A stretch of DNA of 63,748 nt, counting the filler, from Licmophora abbreviata (lineage: Eukaryota): assembly GCA_900291995.1 (NCBI GenBank). It is 11 parts of 11 records of this genome, joined end to end, with 100 filler letters (N's around TTAATTAATTAA, not from the genome) between each part and the next. Parts side by side here need not be neighbours in the genome. Positions count along the whole stretch, not along the records: positions 20,599 to 30,340 come from OLMU01000790.1; positions 30,441 to 46,170 come from OLMU01000791.1; 9 more parts are not named here. One strand, 5' to 3'. A program made the position numbers and the translations under genes. Of this stretch, positions 20,998-34,255 are shown piece by piece (position 1 is the stretch's first letter; the number at the start of each line of letters is the position of its first letter). The notes under the pieces are model-generated. The model did no database searches and was not told where the DNA came from. It saw nothing but the letters and a program-made list of their open reading frames with translations.

Positions 20998-23900
20998 ATG
21001 ACTGTCGGTAGATCGACCTTGGCGTCTGCTTTGCTGTTGCTGCTCAGCAGCATGTCTCGCAGTTTTGCGGTGGATCGCTCGAAGTTCAGGACTTGCGCCC
21101 AAACGTCCTTTTGTCGTCGCCATCGAGGGCAGCATTCGGAGCGTCTCTACAAGTACAAGCTCGAGGCTGACTCGGTTCACTTTCACATGCCTCCGCAGCA
21201 AGGCGAGGCCCAGGAAGATCAACTCCAAGATGGCAAACATGGTGGGAGTGGCCCCTTCTGGAAGGCATGGCAGGAGAGGATCCTTGGATCGCATGCGGGC
21301 GGTAGTGCCAGTTACAGCAAGGATGACCCGTACGTGAGAGGTCCACCCCCAACGCTCACGGGACGACTCACCACTACCTCTTCTGAAACTTCCTCGGGTG
21401 CTGCGCACGAATCACTCTTGTGGAGTGTACATGCCATGGCAGATGGGATTGTTCGTATGCGTGTTACGGAAGTGTATGGAACGCACGGTGCTCCCTACGA
21501 ACAGGCGCGCGTGTCGTACGATGAACTCGTCTTGACGACCGATACGTTGGCACCGGCCAAGCATGCGCAGTGGATTCGGCCGGCAGCCGATGAAGAGCAC
21601 AAATCGTTGTTGGAGACGTTGGTTGATAAGCCACTGCATGGCGGCAGCAAGAATAATGTGGAGAATTTCATTGCATTGCAGTATGGTGATACCAAAGATA
21701 CAGAGGAGGGTATGATCCTGCTGGTTCGTCTGGAACCTTTTGCAGTCTTCTTGTATCGTCAGAACGATGTCGACAAGGATCCCATTGTTACCATGGGGGC
21801 ACACGATATGATGCACTTTGAAGTCCGCCGTCTTCAGGAACAAGAGGCAGAAGCACAGGAACAGGACGAGAACAAGGCGACAGAGGCCACCGACGTAGAC
21901 CAAGAAGCACCGGAAAAGGAGATTGTCGGTTATTGGGAAGATGGTCTTGCCATTTACGCTGATGGAACAAGGGAAGAAAAGAAGGACGTCAGTGAAGAAG
22001 AAGATCATCGCCAGTTGACAGAGTCTGAGCTGGCGGCATTGGATCGTGAGGGCCTCTGGGAAGAGTCATTTCAATCTCACAAGGATACCAAGCCCCACGG
22101 GCCCATGAGTGTCGGCATGGATATTGCGTTTCCTGGCTCCCAGCACTTGTTTGGACTTCCGGAACATGCTTCTTCGACCGTGCTCAAGACGACTTTGGGA
22201 GAAGGGGCTCACTACACGGATCCGTACCGACTGTACAACCTCGACGTCTTTGAGTACGAGCTTGACGAAACAATGGCATTGTATGGACATGTGCCGCTCG
22301 TCGTTAGCCAGAGCGCTAAAACGGGCACAACCGGAGTGTTTTGGTTCAATCCAACCGAAACGTTCGTCGACGTGCTCGATCAAGAGGATGACAGCAAGGC
22401 AACGCATTGGATGAGCGAAAGCGGCATTGTCGACGTGTTCTTGCTGCCTGGACCGACGCCGCAAGACATGTACCGCCAGTACGCCGGTCTCACTGGGACC
22501 ATGCCGCTCCCTCCCATGTTTAGTCTTGGATACCACCAGTGCCGATGGAATTACAAAGATGAACGCGATGTCTACATGGTGCACGATAAGTTTGAAGAAT
22601 TGGACTATCCCTACGACGTCCTATGGTTGGACATCGAGCACACTGACGGCAAGCGCTACTTTACCTGGGACGACAATCTCTTTCCTCATCCCGCTGATAT
22701 GCAAGACAAGCTCGCGTCTCAAGGACGACGCATGGTGACCATTGTTGACCCGCATATCAAGCGCGATAACGACTACTACATTCACAAGGATGCAACTGCC
22801 AAGGGCTTGTATATCAAGGACAAGGACGGAACGAAAGATTACGACGGATGGTGCTGGCCTGGATCTTCATCGTATTTAGATTTCACAAGCGAGAAAGTGC
22901 GATCATGGTGGGCCGATCAATTTTCGTACAATCGCTACAAGGGATCGACGACGTCATTGTTCACGTGGAACGACATGAACGAGCCTTCAGTCTTTAACGG
23001 CCCCGAGGTGACCATGCAGAAGGACATCAAGAACCTGAACGGTGAAGAACACCGTGAATGGCATAACCTCTACGGTATGCTATTTCATCGTTCCACCATG
23101 GAAGGGCAGATTCGTCGCAACCAGCCCGAGGAAGAAGTCCGTCCGTTCGTGCTGAGCCGCGCATTCTTTGCTGGTAGTCAACGCTACGGTGCTATCTGGA
23201 CTGGAGACAACCTCGCCGAATGGGGGCACCTTGAAGTAGCTGCCCCAATGTTATTGAGTCTCAATGTTGCTGCGCTATCCTTTGTAGGTGCCGACGTTGG
23301 TGGCTTTTTTGGTAATCCGGACGCGGAGCTCTTCACGCGATGGATGCAGGCCGGAGCCTTCCAACCGTTCTTCCGAGGTCACGCGCATCATGACTCGAAA
23401 CGCAGGGAGCCTTGGACGTTCGGTGAGGAAACTATGATTCGACTGCGGAAAGCTGCCATGACTCGTTATGCACTCTTGCCGTATTGGTATAGTGTCTTTC
23501 GGGAGGCGGGAGTGACCGGTATGCCCGTTATGAGGTAAGTAATCGTGCAACTCGGTGGACGTTGATGCATTTGGTATGACGGTCGAACCTCGCTGACATG
23601 CTTCGCGCTACACCGCAGGACTATGTGGATGCAGTATCCGCGGACAGAGTCTCTCTTCTCGATAGACGACCAGTATTTGGTTGGCGCTGACTTGCTTGTC
23701 AAGCCTGTTACCGCTGCGGGTGTGACAGAGTCAACCGTGCTCTTTCCTTCTGCCGATCGGTGGTACGACGTTGATACATTCCAGGTCGTGTCCACAAATG
23801 GATCAGAAAATGGCGTTCATGAACGTACCGTCGCGAGCGACATTGACACGATTCCCGTGTTCCAGCGAGGCGGGAGCATCATTCCGCGGAAATTACGTCT

Positions 23901-24300
23901 ACGCCGAAGTGCTCGCCTCATGACTTCCGATCCATACACCTTGTACATCGCCCTGGACAAGGATCAGAGGGCTGAGGGCCTGCTCTACATTGACGACGAA
24001 GAAACCTTCAGCCATGATCGCAAGGGTGATTATGCAGAGTCGACTTTCACTGCCGATATCAAGGAAGGCACCATTCGCAACTCCGTAGCGATCGGTACCG
24101 GGTGGCAGTCCATCGTCAACGAGCTCGCACGCGACAAACTTGTTGAAAGGATCGTCGTGATGGGCATGGATACAGCGCCGACCAAGGCAACCATCGACGG
24201 GCTTTCTATATCTTTCGAATACGACGAAGCTAGCCATGTCGTTGTTCTTCGACGACCGGACGTGTCTGCAATGTCCAACTGGCAAATCAACATTTCGTAG
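20998..24300 (+). CDS. GANAB: ER glucosidase II alpha subunit (GH31); intron 23535-23618
   Basis: 'AVDRSKFRTCAQTSFCRR', 'YRLYNLDVFEY', 'WLDIEHTDGKRYFTWD', catalytic 'WNDMNEPSVF', 'WTGDN', 'FFRGHAH'. Confidence 0.97.
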
Positions 24301-24436
24301 ATGAGATCGTTTGTATTCATTTTACTTTAGAGAGAATGAACGCGTATCTGAAAACGTTCTCTGATTTGTAGTTACGTGACCACCACTTCATATTTGTAAA
24401 GGGGGCACCAGAAAATTCTAGACCTGGCTGCGATCA

Positions 24437-25653
24437 TCAATCACTAAGTTTTGCAAGAGTCTCGTCTTTCGTGCCGTCTGAGTGAGCAAGTTCTCTATTG
24501 CCTACTGAGAGCTTCAGCAGTCCCTGCGAGGCGTCTGTGGAGCTCTCGATAGTTGCGAGGGGATCAAACTGTGGCTCCTCATCACTCACTGTCATATCAA
24601 GCAGCACCTCTTCTGTACCGGCAGATGACTCATCCTCGTCATCGGTGTACTGAGAGACTGCAGCGGAAGAATCGTCATCGTCCACATGCTCGCCTCGTAG
24701 CTCTCGAAGTTCACGCCGCAGTTCTTTGGCGCGCGCCTTCCAAGAAGTGACTTCGAGCTGAGAATTTTTCAGTTCCATCTCAAGTGCCTCCACCTTCGCC
24801 AATAGACATTTCGTCTCGTTTCGCCAGTGGACAGCCTTGGAGGTTGCTTTTTGCACTGCACTTTCGTTTCTTCCTCCTCGACGTCCATGTTGACAGTCCT
24901 GTAGTAGCCGAGCGTCTGTTCCTGATTTTCATCCTCTATAAGCTCCACTGGTGTCACGGCCAAGGCAACTGCATGTGATAGACTTTCAGAGAAATTTCGT
25001 TCATCTTTGGTGCCCTCGGTTGCAATCTTCATGGACTTTAGATCGGGTCGCTGTACTATACGTCGAAAGAAGCGACCAATGGCGTTCTGACGGGGGTCGG
25101 GCAGTGGAGGAGCGCTTCCAAAACCATCCAGTTTGAAGGTTTGGAGAGATGCCTTCTGAGCGAGCGCGTCCTCTGACAACAATCCTTGGTTCTGTCGAAT
25201 GTTCCGTCCCCAAATGCGTGTGACACGAGGCTTCTCATGATTCCTGCTTGATGAGTCGGTCACATTTGTGCTACGATCTCCTCGATTCTGTTCGCCATCG
25301 CTGTCGTCGCCCGAGTCCTCCTCATCGCTCTCATCCTCGGAATCGCTACTGCTTCCCTCATCGACATCACTCTCGTCGTCAGAGCTGCGTTCATCTATCT
25401 CCTGGAGCTCCTCTCCGTCGTGTTCCGGAGTTCTCCACTCGTCCGTCGACTTGGGCAAAAGTGACGACTGTTGGTCTACGTTGGCCTCGTTCGAGGCCCT
25501 CCGCCGAAACAAGCGCGATAGAGGGTCTCGTTTCTGCGGACCAGCGCGTCTCACTGTTGACTCGCCTCCTCCCGAAGGTTCCGAGCGTCGAAATGGCATC
25601 AAGAGCGTATCATCGGCCTGGGGTGAGAGATCGAGCTCCATCAAGCCCGTCAT
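24437..25653 (-). CDS. Unknown acidic/disordered protein with a C-terminal coiled coil; probable 1-nt frameshift near 24868
   Basis: ORFs 24769..25800 and 24437..24856 overlap. Adding one A at GAAGAAAC gives EEEENESAVQKATSKAVHWRNETKCLLAKVEALEMEL. Start uncertain. Confidence 0.55.
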
Positions 25654-26018
25654 GCTTCTATCGTAGCTGTTCGCTTGCGTTGCACCTCCAAACACTGATC
25701 TGGCTGTGATAACCACTAGAACGACAATAAACTCCCTCGCCTTTTTCGCATAAATGCCAAGCGGATGGCGAATTGTGAAGATGACAATGTCTGTTGTCAT
25801 TCTCGAACCGTGCTCAATGTCTCCAGAATATCATGACGTGATGATTGATGACCGCCGCGCAGGTGCGCCGTCATGCACCACAAAACGAAAACGTCGGACG
25901 GCGTCGCGGATACAGAGAAGATCGGAGCCGCACGATACTCTCCATGCTAGCAGATCTATCCTTCATTGCTTTACTACACATAGACTAGTAGCAGTACATA
26001 ATGCATGTTTACATAAGC

Positions 26019-26738
26019 TCACGGCATCTTATCCGAGCTGGTCTGGGCACGAGCCTTTCGCTTCTCGAGTGTTTTGCTGCGGATGAGTTCTTCCATATCC
26101 ATGCGCTCCTCCCAGTTCTTCTTTGCAGCGCGACGCCTCTTGACAAATCCAGCCATACCCAGAAGATTATTGTAAAAGCCCATAAGGAAAGAACGGATTG
26201 AATAAAACTTCCCGGACGATGCAGCTTTGGACTTGATCTCTTTGACCTGAACAATATATTCGGAACCTTTGGGTAATTCCGGGACACTTTCGATACACGG
26301 ACGAATCCATTTCCCATCACAAAGTGCTTCGCAGGTACCGCATTCTCCCTTCTTGCAACCATACTTGATGTATTGACCTGCCTGGGCTGCGAGGAACGAT
26401 ACAGGCTGGCCTGGCATGGCGAGCGTAGACTTCGTCTCGTTTCCTTGTTTGAAGATGACAGTCACGTCTCCTGTGATACCCTTATCTTGCGGACGTGATT
26501 CATCAAAGTCATCCGCGAGAGTCTTCTTTTTCTTCCATTTCGGTTCGTAGTCCTTGCCCATCTTGACCGAGAGCTTGGTCGTCGAGTGCCGCCTTTGGGC
26601 TCTACTAGCAGAAGCGATCAAAATATCCGTCGAGCTCTTGAGCAGGCCGCCCTTTTCTACCGGTACCAGCGTCAGAGGGATCTGAAAGCCTGCTGATGAG
26701 GCAAGCCCCAAAGCAACAAGGACAAGGCGTATCATCAT
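26019..26738 (-). CDS. Plastid-targeted 2Fe-2S ferredoxin-domain protein
   Basis: Signal peptide plus 'SAG-FQIP' transit start; cluster motif 'YGCKKGECGTCE...RPC'; basic amphipathic C-terminal extension. Confidence 0.85.
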   Translation of the reverse strand: MMIRLVLVALGLASSAGFQIPLTLVPVEKGGLLKSSTDILIASASRAQRRHSTTKLSVKMGKDYEPKWKKKKTLADDFDESRPQDKGITGDVTVIFKQGNETKSTLAMPGQPVSFLAAQAGQYIKYGCKKGECGTCEALCDGKWIRPCIESVPELPKGSEYIVQVKEIKSKAASSGKFYSIRSFLMGFYNNLLGMAGFVKRRRAAKKNWEERMDMEELIRSKTLEKRKARAQTSSDKMP

Positions 26739-27045
26739 GGTGGTGGAAGGCAAGGTTCGCGTTTTGACCACACACGGAGGCTAAAGAACAAGTGGAATGC
26801 AAATCGAGAGTCGGGATCTTTTACGGCTGATAACCATTTCGAAAGATCGCGAAGTTGAAGTGTTTCGCAGATTTGGTACAAAAACTGCGTACAACATCAC
26901 GTATGTATGTAGCCGTGGTACGAATGACGTACTCACGACGCGCGGGGAAGCATTCCATCCATTCGCACAGCAGGCCGAAAAAGACATCCCTTTCTCCTTG
27001 TTCGTTTCCACCGCAATCATTTCGCTGGACTCTTCAACAGATACC

Positions 27046-28879
27046 ATGAGGCATATCGTAGGAGTTCTCGTCTTGTCCCTCCTGACGGGGGCCAATGGCT
27101 TCAAGTTCATGTCAAAATGGAAGATGCCGAGCATGAAAGAAGTGGCCAAGGCCGCTGCTGTTCAAGAACAATTCGGTGACAAGAGTGAGTTTTAAAGATC
27201 TGCGTTCAAGTTCCCTGTAGTAGTCGGCACAACAAAGCTCACATCATCCTGCTGTTTCTCTCGTATCCAGAACTCGTGGTCATTACTGGAACATCGTCAG
27301 GTTTGGGTCGGAAGACGGCACAGGCCCTCCTTCAACAGGGAAACTATCATGTCGTCGGGGCGGTTCGCGATGTCGACAAAATGGAAGCTGTGGCGGAAAT
27401 CGATGGCTTTCCCGAAGATCGTTTCACCATTATGCCTGTGGAACTCAACTCCTTTGATTCTGTGAAAGAGTTCTGTGGAAATCTCAAGCAGTGGAAGGGC
27501 GAGAAACACATTGACAGACTCATTTGCAACGCCGGAGTTTACCAGCCCTCCCTGCCCTATGCCAAGTGGAGCGAGGACGGCCATGAGCAGACAATGCAGA
27601 TCAACTACTTGTCGCACTTTCTCATGATTAGGTTAGTTCGGGATGTTTCTATCGATTGCTTAGTGTACTCAACAAAAACTCATTTTTCTATGCCTTCGTT
27701 TTGTCCTACAGCGAACTGTTGGATGACATTAGGCAGGCAAAGGATCCTCGCGTCGTCATGGTTGGTTCAGTCACAGGTAACGACAACACCGTGGGAGGAG
27801 GAGGTGTCTACCCTATTGCTGATCTCAAGGACTTGGCAGGCTTCAAGGCTGGCTTTGACAACCCCATTGCCATGGCAGATGGCTACGGGTTCATTGGCGC
27901 CAAGGCCTACAAGGACTCCAAGCTATGTCTCATGATGCTCTCCAATACACTGCACGCCAAGTACAACAAGCTGACCGGTGTTGCATTTAGCAGCATCTAC
28001 CCTGGATGCATTGCCGAAACTCCCTTATTCCGCGAGAAGCGACCGTGGTTCCGAAAGTACTTTCCTATTTTTATGAAATACATCACGGGTGGCTTTGTCG
28101 GTGAAGAAGAGGCCGGTCAACGTCTGTTTCAGGCTGCACACGACCCCCGATGCTCCAAATCTGGAGTCTACTGGTCCTGGAATGGCGGTCCCCGCGAGGG
28201 ACGGGGTGCCGAGGCACTCGAAAAGGATGGACAGATCTCTGGTGGCGGAGGCGCTGGTGGCGGATGGGACTCGGTTTACGAAAACGATCAATCGGCCAAA
28301 GTCCAGGACATTGAATTGGCGTTGAACCTATTCAAGTACTCCACAGAAATTACTGGCGCTCAGTGGCCCGACATTCGGCAGGTAGTTTCGCCATGTCCCA
28401 CTCTCAAGGTGATTGGCGCCGTTTCCAAAGCAATGATTGAGAAAGAGGAGCTAAAGCGCATGCACGATCGCCCCGGTCTCAACGAGGACGGTACGGCCAT
28501 TGCCAAGCCAAAGTTGACCAAGGCACAAAAGACCAAGGTAGTAGCAGACAAGGTCGTGGGTGGAGTCTTGGGCAACACTGTCGGCCGTGTGGGACGCTTC
28601 ATCGGCAGGCGTTTGCTTGGAAGACTTCCGGAAGAGGCAGTTACCGGGAGCTTCCAGGAGGAGAAGCCACTGGAGGTAGCCGAAGCTGCTGCTGTTGTCA
28701 ACTTTGACCATGTCGCCGAGGCGAAGAACAGTAAGAAGGAAAGTGAAAATCAATACGAGGAAGACATCACGTTCAGGAAAGATGAAGAGTTGATGGAGGA
28801 GGTGTTTCGCCAGAATATGGAAACTGACGACAGGCACGGGAGCACTCAGGAAGACACTCGTGCAACAGTGGAAGCCTAA
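27046..28879 (+). CDS. POR: Light-dependent protochlorophyllide oxidoreductase with long C-terminal extension; exons 27046-27184, 27271-27631, 27712-28879
   Basis: 'VITGTSSGLG', 'LICNAGVYQP', 'VGSVTGNDNT', catalytic 'AYKDSK', 'YPGCIAETPLFRE', 'SGVYWSWN'. Plastid presequence 'ANG-FK'. Confidence 0.96.
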
Positions 28880-29534
28880 ATGATAACCCATCGATCCACG
28901 TGATACTATCTCGACCTCGAATGCTCTTGAAACGACATAAGGAATCTCGGTTGTCGGGGTAGTATTCTAATTCTCGTTCATTCTATCCTAGCTCCTATGG
29001 ATGTCTTAACAGTAGGTCTTAGGGGCAACCGTACCGTACCGATACACGGGGTTGTTATTAAGCTAGACTACCCGTACAATGAGCGACTTCAAATACTGTC
29101 ATGCTCCCATCGCGCTCTCTTGAGTGCAATGATTGTTTTAGGAGGAAGCTCGTTTCTTGTAGTCAAACGAGTCTTTCAACATTTGACTCCCAAGTCGAAT
29201 GGATCGAAGATTTGGCGAGGAGCACGACTCAAAAGGCAGGAGGATAGTACTCCATTGTATTGACTTCAAAAACGAATCGCAAACATGTTCTTTGCAAGCC
29301 CATTCTTAAAGGATTGAGTCCCACTGACAGAAGTGCTTCTTCCGGATCTTGAACGAATCTGTGCGTGGCCTTTGACAAACCAGTGCCGTGATGATGACAC
29401 GAACAAGACCATCTTCCGAACCCATGTTGCACTTGCATCTTTCGGAAGTCTGTGATTGGTCAAGCTAAGATTCGACTCGCTTGTCCCCATTGATACGCGT
29501 GCAGTTTTATACGAGCTTTCCTTTCGGCCTCAGA

Positions 29535-30944
29535 ATGCAAAGTAGAAACTTCAGTCGCTCCGCGTCTCCGCCCGTCACCATGGTGCGCCCGTCTTCTGGC
29601 GGCGTCCTCTCGACGTTCAGTCTGGAGTCGATGCCTCAATCTGTCCAATCTCGAGAACTGCACCCTTTCTCTGTCCACTTCAGTACGCACACTCGCAAGT
29701 GGATCGCCACCATTTGCAAGGATGCGGAGGGGCGAATCGGCGAAGCGAAGAGGTGCATTCAGTTCTGTTTCAATTCGGAACGGGACGCCAAACGGTTCTG
29801 CAAAGCCTACGCTCCTCCCAAGATGAGACCTGCCACCAGCAACTGCAGCATCTGCCACAAACTCTACTCCGGTCGTTCTCGTCCCTACCATTGTCGAAAC
29901 TGCGGCATCGCCTGCTGCGACAAGTGCACCACCCGCTGGGGTATTCGCATGCTTCCCAAGACGTACGTTGGGCCGATGAATGCGCTCACGGCTCGCGTCT
30001 GTCGAACCTGCGACTGGTTGAGCAATGCCTTTTGCATGGCTCTCATTCAGGGCAAATATGACTGTGCCGTCGTCCTCTACAATACCAAGAACGTGAATCT
30101 CCGAACCTGCTTTGCTGATATCAACCAGGAAGCAATGTACGTATGACGCCTGAACAGTATGACATTTGCAAGCACGCTTGCTGTCCGCCACGCCATGTAC
30201 TGACTTCTGCGGCCCCTTTTTATGTTCGCTAATACACTCGTAGGTTCCCTGTCCACTGCGCCGTCATGGGTGGCAACCTCGAGCTCTTGAAATGGCTTGT
30301 CGAAGTTCACCGCTGTCCCTGTTCGGTTCAGCGCCATGTCNNNNNNNNNNNNNNNNNNNNNNNNNNNNNNNNNNNNNNNNNNNNTTAATTAATTAANNNN
30401 NNNNNNNNNNNNNNNNNNNNNNNNNNNNNNNNNNNNNNNNAGCGAACCCTCATCGACATTGCCATGACGGGACGACCCAAGCTCGACATTCTTCGTTACC
30501 TCATTTCCGACAAGAACTTGAGCATCTCGGACACGAAGGATGCCAAGCTAGCGCCCCGGACGCTTGAAACTCTCCTCCGAGCCGGCGTGGTGGTGACGCC
30601 ATCACCACCACTGGCAACAACCACCACGACGCCCATGGAAGAAGACGATGGGCTATCACTGAACATGATCGACAGCGCGGAAGAATCCTGTGCGACCATT
30701 GAAGATGCGGTACGTCGCAAGAGTGATAACGTGGTGCTATGGGGTGCCATGAGTGGAATTTCGGTGGAACGATCTCACGTATTTCTGTCGTCTCGTATAG
30801 TGCATCATTTGCTGCGAAAAATCCATGGACTCGGTCCTCATCCCTTGTGGACATCAAGTCTGCTGCCAGGACTGCGGAAAACATCTGACGGCATGCCCGG
30901 TGTGCAAGATTCAGTGCTCTGTGCTACGAATCTTTCGCCAGTAG
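29535..30944 (+). CDS. FYVE-like + ankyrin-like + C3HC4 RING protein, paralog A (introns 30137-30243 and 30710-30800; interrupted by gap 30341-30440)
   Basis: 'CSIC...RPYHCRNCGIACCDKC...RVCRTC'; spliced 'FPVHCAVMGGNLELLKWLVE'; last exon 'CIICCEKSMDSVLIPCGHQVCCQDC...CPVC'. 5' end uncertain. Confidence 0.85.
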
Positions 30945-31160
30945 TGGAGGATGATTGTGTGGACTTCCCATCATCCATGACTTATCTCAACAACCACACA
31001 CCAGACAACCAGAGAAAGGAAGTCAGGGCAACGCACTTGGGGATAGACAGTATAGAGATAAAGCGAACACCCCACAAGAATAGAACCTCAACGAGCGAGT
31101 AGACTGTAATAACCCTAATGTCATTCTCTTCCGTTCTTACAACCTCTCTGTACAACTTAC

Positions 31161-34100
31161 TTACGGCTTGAAGACCCGAACAAAGGAACAATCGACGGAA
31201 CAGACAGGACATTTTCGAGGTGTAATATTAGCCCCGCATTCCATACAGCATATCTGGTGACCGCATGGCATGACGACGCAATCGATGGAGTTTGCAAAGC
31301 AAATGATGCACTGCGCAGGAGATAAACAAGGAGGCAGCGAAAGTCCATACCGTGAGCGCGGAATCAGCTCTCCAAATTCACAATTAAGAGCCAGAATAAC
31401 TTACGGCGTCATTGACGGTGTCAACCGACCGACTACCTTCCGCGGCAAAGTCGTACATTGCATGAAGATCATGTTGGGAACGGGAGTATTGAGACTCGTT
31501 CCATTGCTGACTTAAGGGGGCTTCTACGCATTGAGGGTCAGCGTGGGCAAAAGCCTCGGAGTGTGACATCGGAGCTGACGCAGCCACCCCTACGTCCCCT
31601 GTCGCCGTATCGACCTCAGCGCCTTCTGCGGAGGGAGTGCCGAGCGCAGCTTGTGCCACTGATGCATCAGAGGGCAAAAGCCGTAAAACAGCGTCGAGCA
31701 TGTGCACAGCGGTCGTCATTGTAAGTTTTTGCTCGTCAGCCAACGACATATTCTTGTCCACAACAAGGTAACGGACGATATCAACGTGATTCTTCTCCAT
31801 GGCGAGCATAAGAGGGGAGCGCCCTCGGCTCGTCACTATTGGAACGACTCTTGATTCCTTCCTACCGCTAACCCGTATGGACCGCAGTGGACAGCAATGT
31901 GGCTCTTCTACCAACCACTTGAGAAGATCGAGACTACCACCGACAACAGCACAGTGGACTGGATAGCTGTGTGTAAAGAAAAGACGAGAATGACCAATCG
32001 TGCATGAGTGACGCTTCAGCCCAGCATGGGCCTTCACCCGCAAGGCACTTACAAAAGTTCATCTTTCACGTTGGCAAAGGGGGTGACTAGATTAACGTTC
32101 CCCGTTGCGTGCAACGCAACCGCCTGGTCTTCGTTTCCGTTAAGTAAGGCAAGACGAAATGAAATGCTTAGCCAATCACACGACTTGCAAATGTTCACCA
32201 TGCCTTCCTTTTTGATGTTGTACGTCTCCGGTAACGATTTCGACGGCCACTGAGTTGAACAGCTACTGCAAACACAAACACCGCAGTTCCGACAGTGACA
32301 AGCTCGCTTAAACACTGCAAACTTAGATTCGCAGATGAAACAGGTTGGATTCTTAGAGAATGCAAGCATCCTTGGTGGGGTCCAGGCAGTTGCCAGGGCC
32401 TCCGCTTGGGCATGCGACTGAAGTGAAAAGGCGCGAAGAGCCTTGGAGGCAGCGTCAACGTTGTTGCTGTCCAGGGCTTTCTGGTTCGTGTTGACTGTGG
32501 CCACCCACATACCCGTTGTATCGTTGTGGAATACGGACCAGGGCAAAAGCGTGCGAGGGAGTATCGACCCAGCTGCGGCCTCAATGTCGAATCCTTGCTG
32601 CGACCGTCGACCGTCCCCAAAGAGCTTTTCCATTACTTGGTTCGTGCTGCGAGAGGCCATTGCCGACAGCATGTTCAAGCTATTGCTTCGCTGGGATCCA
32701 TGCGACGACGCACCGGAACTAGACTCGCGCCGTGCAGTACCATCATCACTTCGCGCGCTTTCTTGACTCAAGCTGCTTGCATTCGATGCCTCGCGTCGAT
32801 CGTTCGATCTCGCTGGAGGAATAGGAGGCATTGGAGTCGGCTGATCGTCTTGCTCGTCTGACACAGGGTCGATTCTTTCTATGGGAGCAAGCGGGGTAGA
32901 TACATGCAGCGTATCGCCTTCCATTGTGGGGACAGCAACGCCGGAACTGGTGGGAGGTGGAGGCATGATGACGGGTTCGCTTTCCCCATCCAGCCCGACC
33001 AGCGTCGGCTGACTCATCCAGATGTGATCGCCTGCTAGACTGGAGCTTGTGATTTCTGGCGCCGAGACCGCTCTCTCGTTTCGGAGAGGGGTAGACTGTG
33101 TGACTTGCCTTGAAAAAGTAACCGACCTTGAGAAGTCTTCTCCGATGAGAGTGGCCCGCGCTTCGTGTTCGTCGTTGTCCCCAGGATGGACGAACTGTTC
33201 TGTGATATCAATGACGGAAGCTTCCTCCTCTGTTACACCCTCTACTGCCACTTCACTTTCAATTGTGTCTTCCAACGCTGACCAGGATTGGGAGTGAGGA
33301 TTTGTCTCGAGTACTCTCGCCTCCTCGTTTACTTGCTCTGCCCAATCCGACGGGGAGCTTTGAGCCGCCGGCTTCGAATCCAACACTGTCGCTTCTTCTG
33401 CGCCTAAAACCTCGTCACCAAAGCTCGCTAGCGCAGGTTCTGCAGTCGCAGCCTGCAGAGCGTTCCTTGATAGGTCATTGAGGCAGAATAGTCCTCACCA
33501 ATGAGTTCAGCGTGGACCTCGTCGCTTGAGAAGTCTGATGGATGAACGTCGTGCTCGGTAATACCCACAACAGTGGCCCGTTCCCCAGCGCTCGGGTTTG
33601 CTGCTACTATTGAAGGGCTTGACAAGGAGAATGTATCACCTACGCTGGGCATCGCCGCTGGTTTCCTGTCGTCGTCCGATTCCTGTGTCTCTTCCACCGT
33701 AGCCTCATCGAATCGGAACGAGGCAGCTCTTTCCAGCTGCCTCGCTTCCTCCAGATACTCTTCTAGCGTACGCCCTGACATCATCAGTTCTTCCTCAAGT
33801 ATTTTCCGCGCGACAGCATCATCCGACATGTCCTGAACAGTCTCCATGACCGTGGCCGTGGCGGGAGAAGGTTCCGAAAACATTTCTTCGACCGCCAGAC
33901 AGGGCGGCCTATCGTCGACGTCTTCACTTGTCGCTGCAGGTTCACGAGTACTGGATGCGTACCCCCCAAAGCCTTGTTGATTAAAACTACGAAAGTCGCC
34001 TGTGAATGGATTGACACGACCACTAGACCTCTCATTGCCAGACTCTACCGCGTCGCTGCCACGGACCCGAATACCATCATCGTATGCTCCGGCAGCCGCG

Positions 34101-34255
34101 ACGCTTTCGTCGCGTGCTTGAATGTCCGCAAAGGCATTTTCAATGTCTTCCATTGTTGGCGCTGGGGGACTCATAGGACTAGGCGTCACTACCCATGAGC
34201 TTTCGGAGGAAGAGCCGCTGTTTTCCACCGTCGTACTGTCCCTCCTCATCTCCAT
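31161..34255 (-). CDS. FYVE-like + ankyrin-like + RING protein, paralog B (introns 32052-31967 and 31404-31311; 1-nt frame break near 33470)
   Basis: 'CFIC...RACHCRNCGVCVCSSC...NICKSC'; 'YPVHCAVVGGSLDLLKWLVE'; 'GRSPLMLAMEKNHVDIVRYLV'; last exon 'CIICFANSIDCVVMPCGHQICCMEC...CPVC'. Confidence 0.85.
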
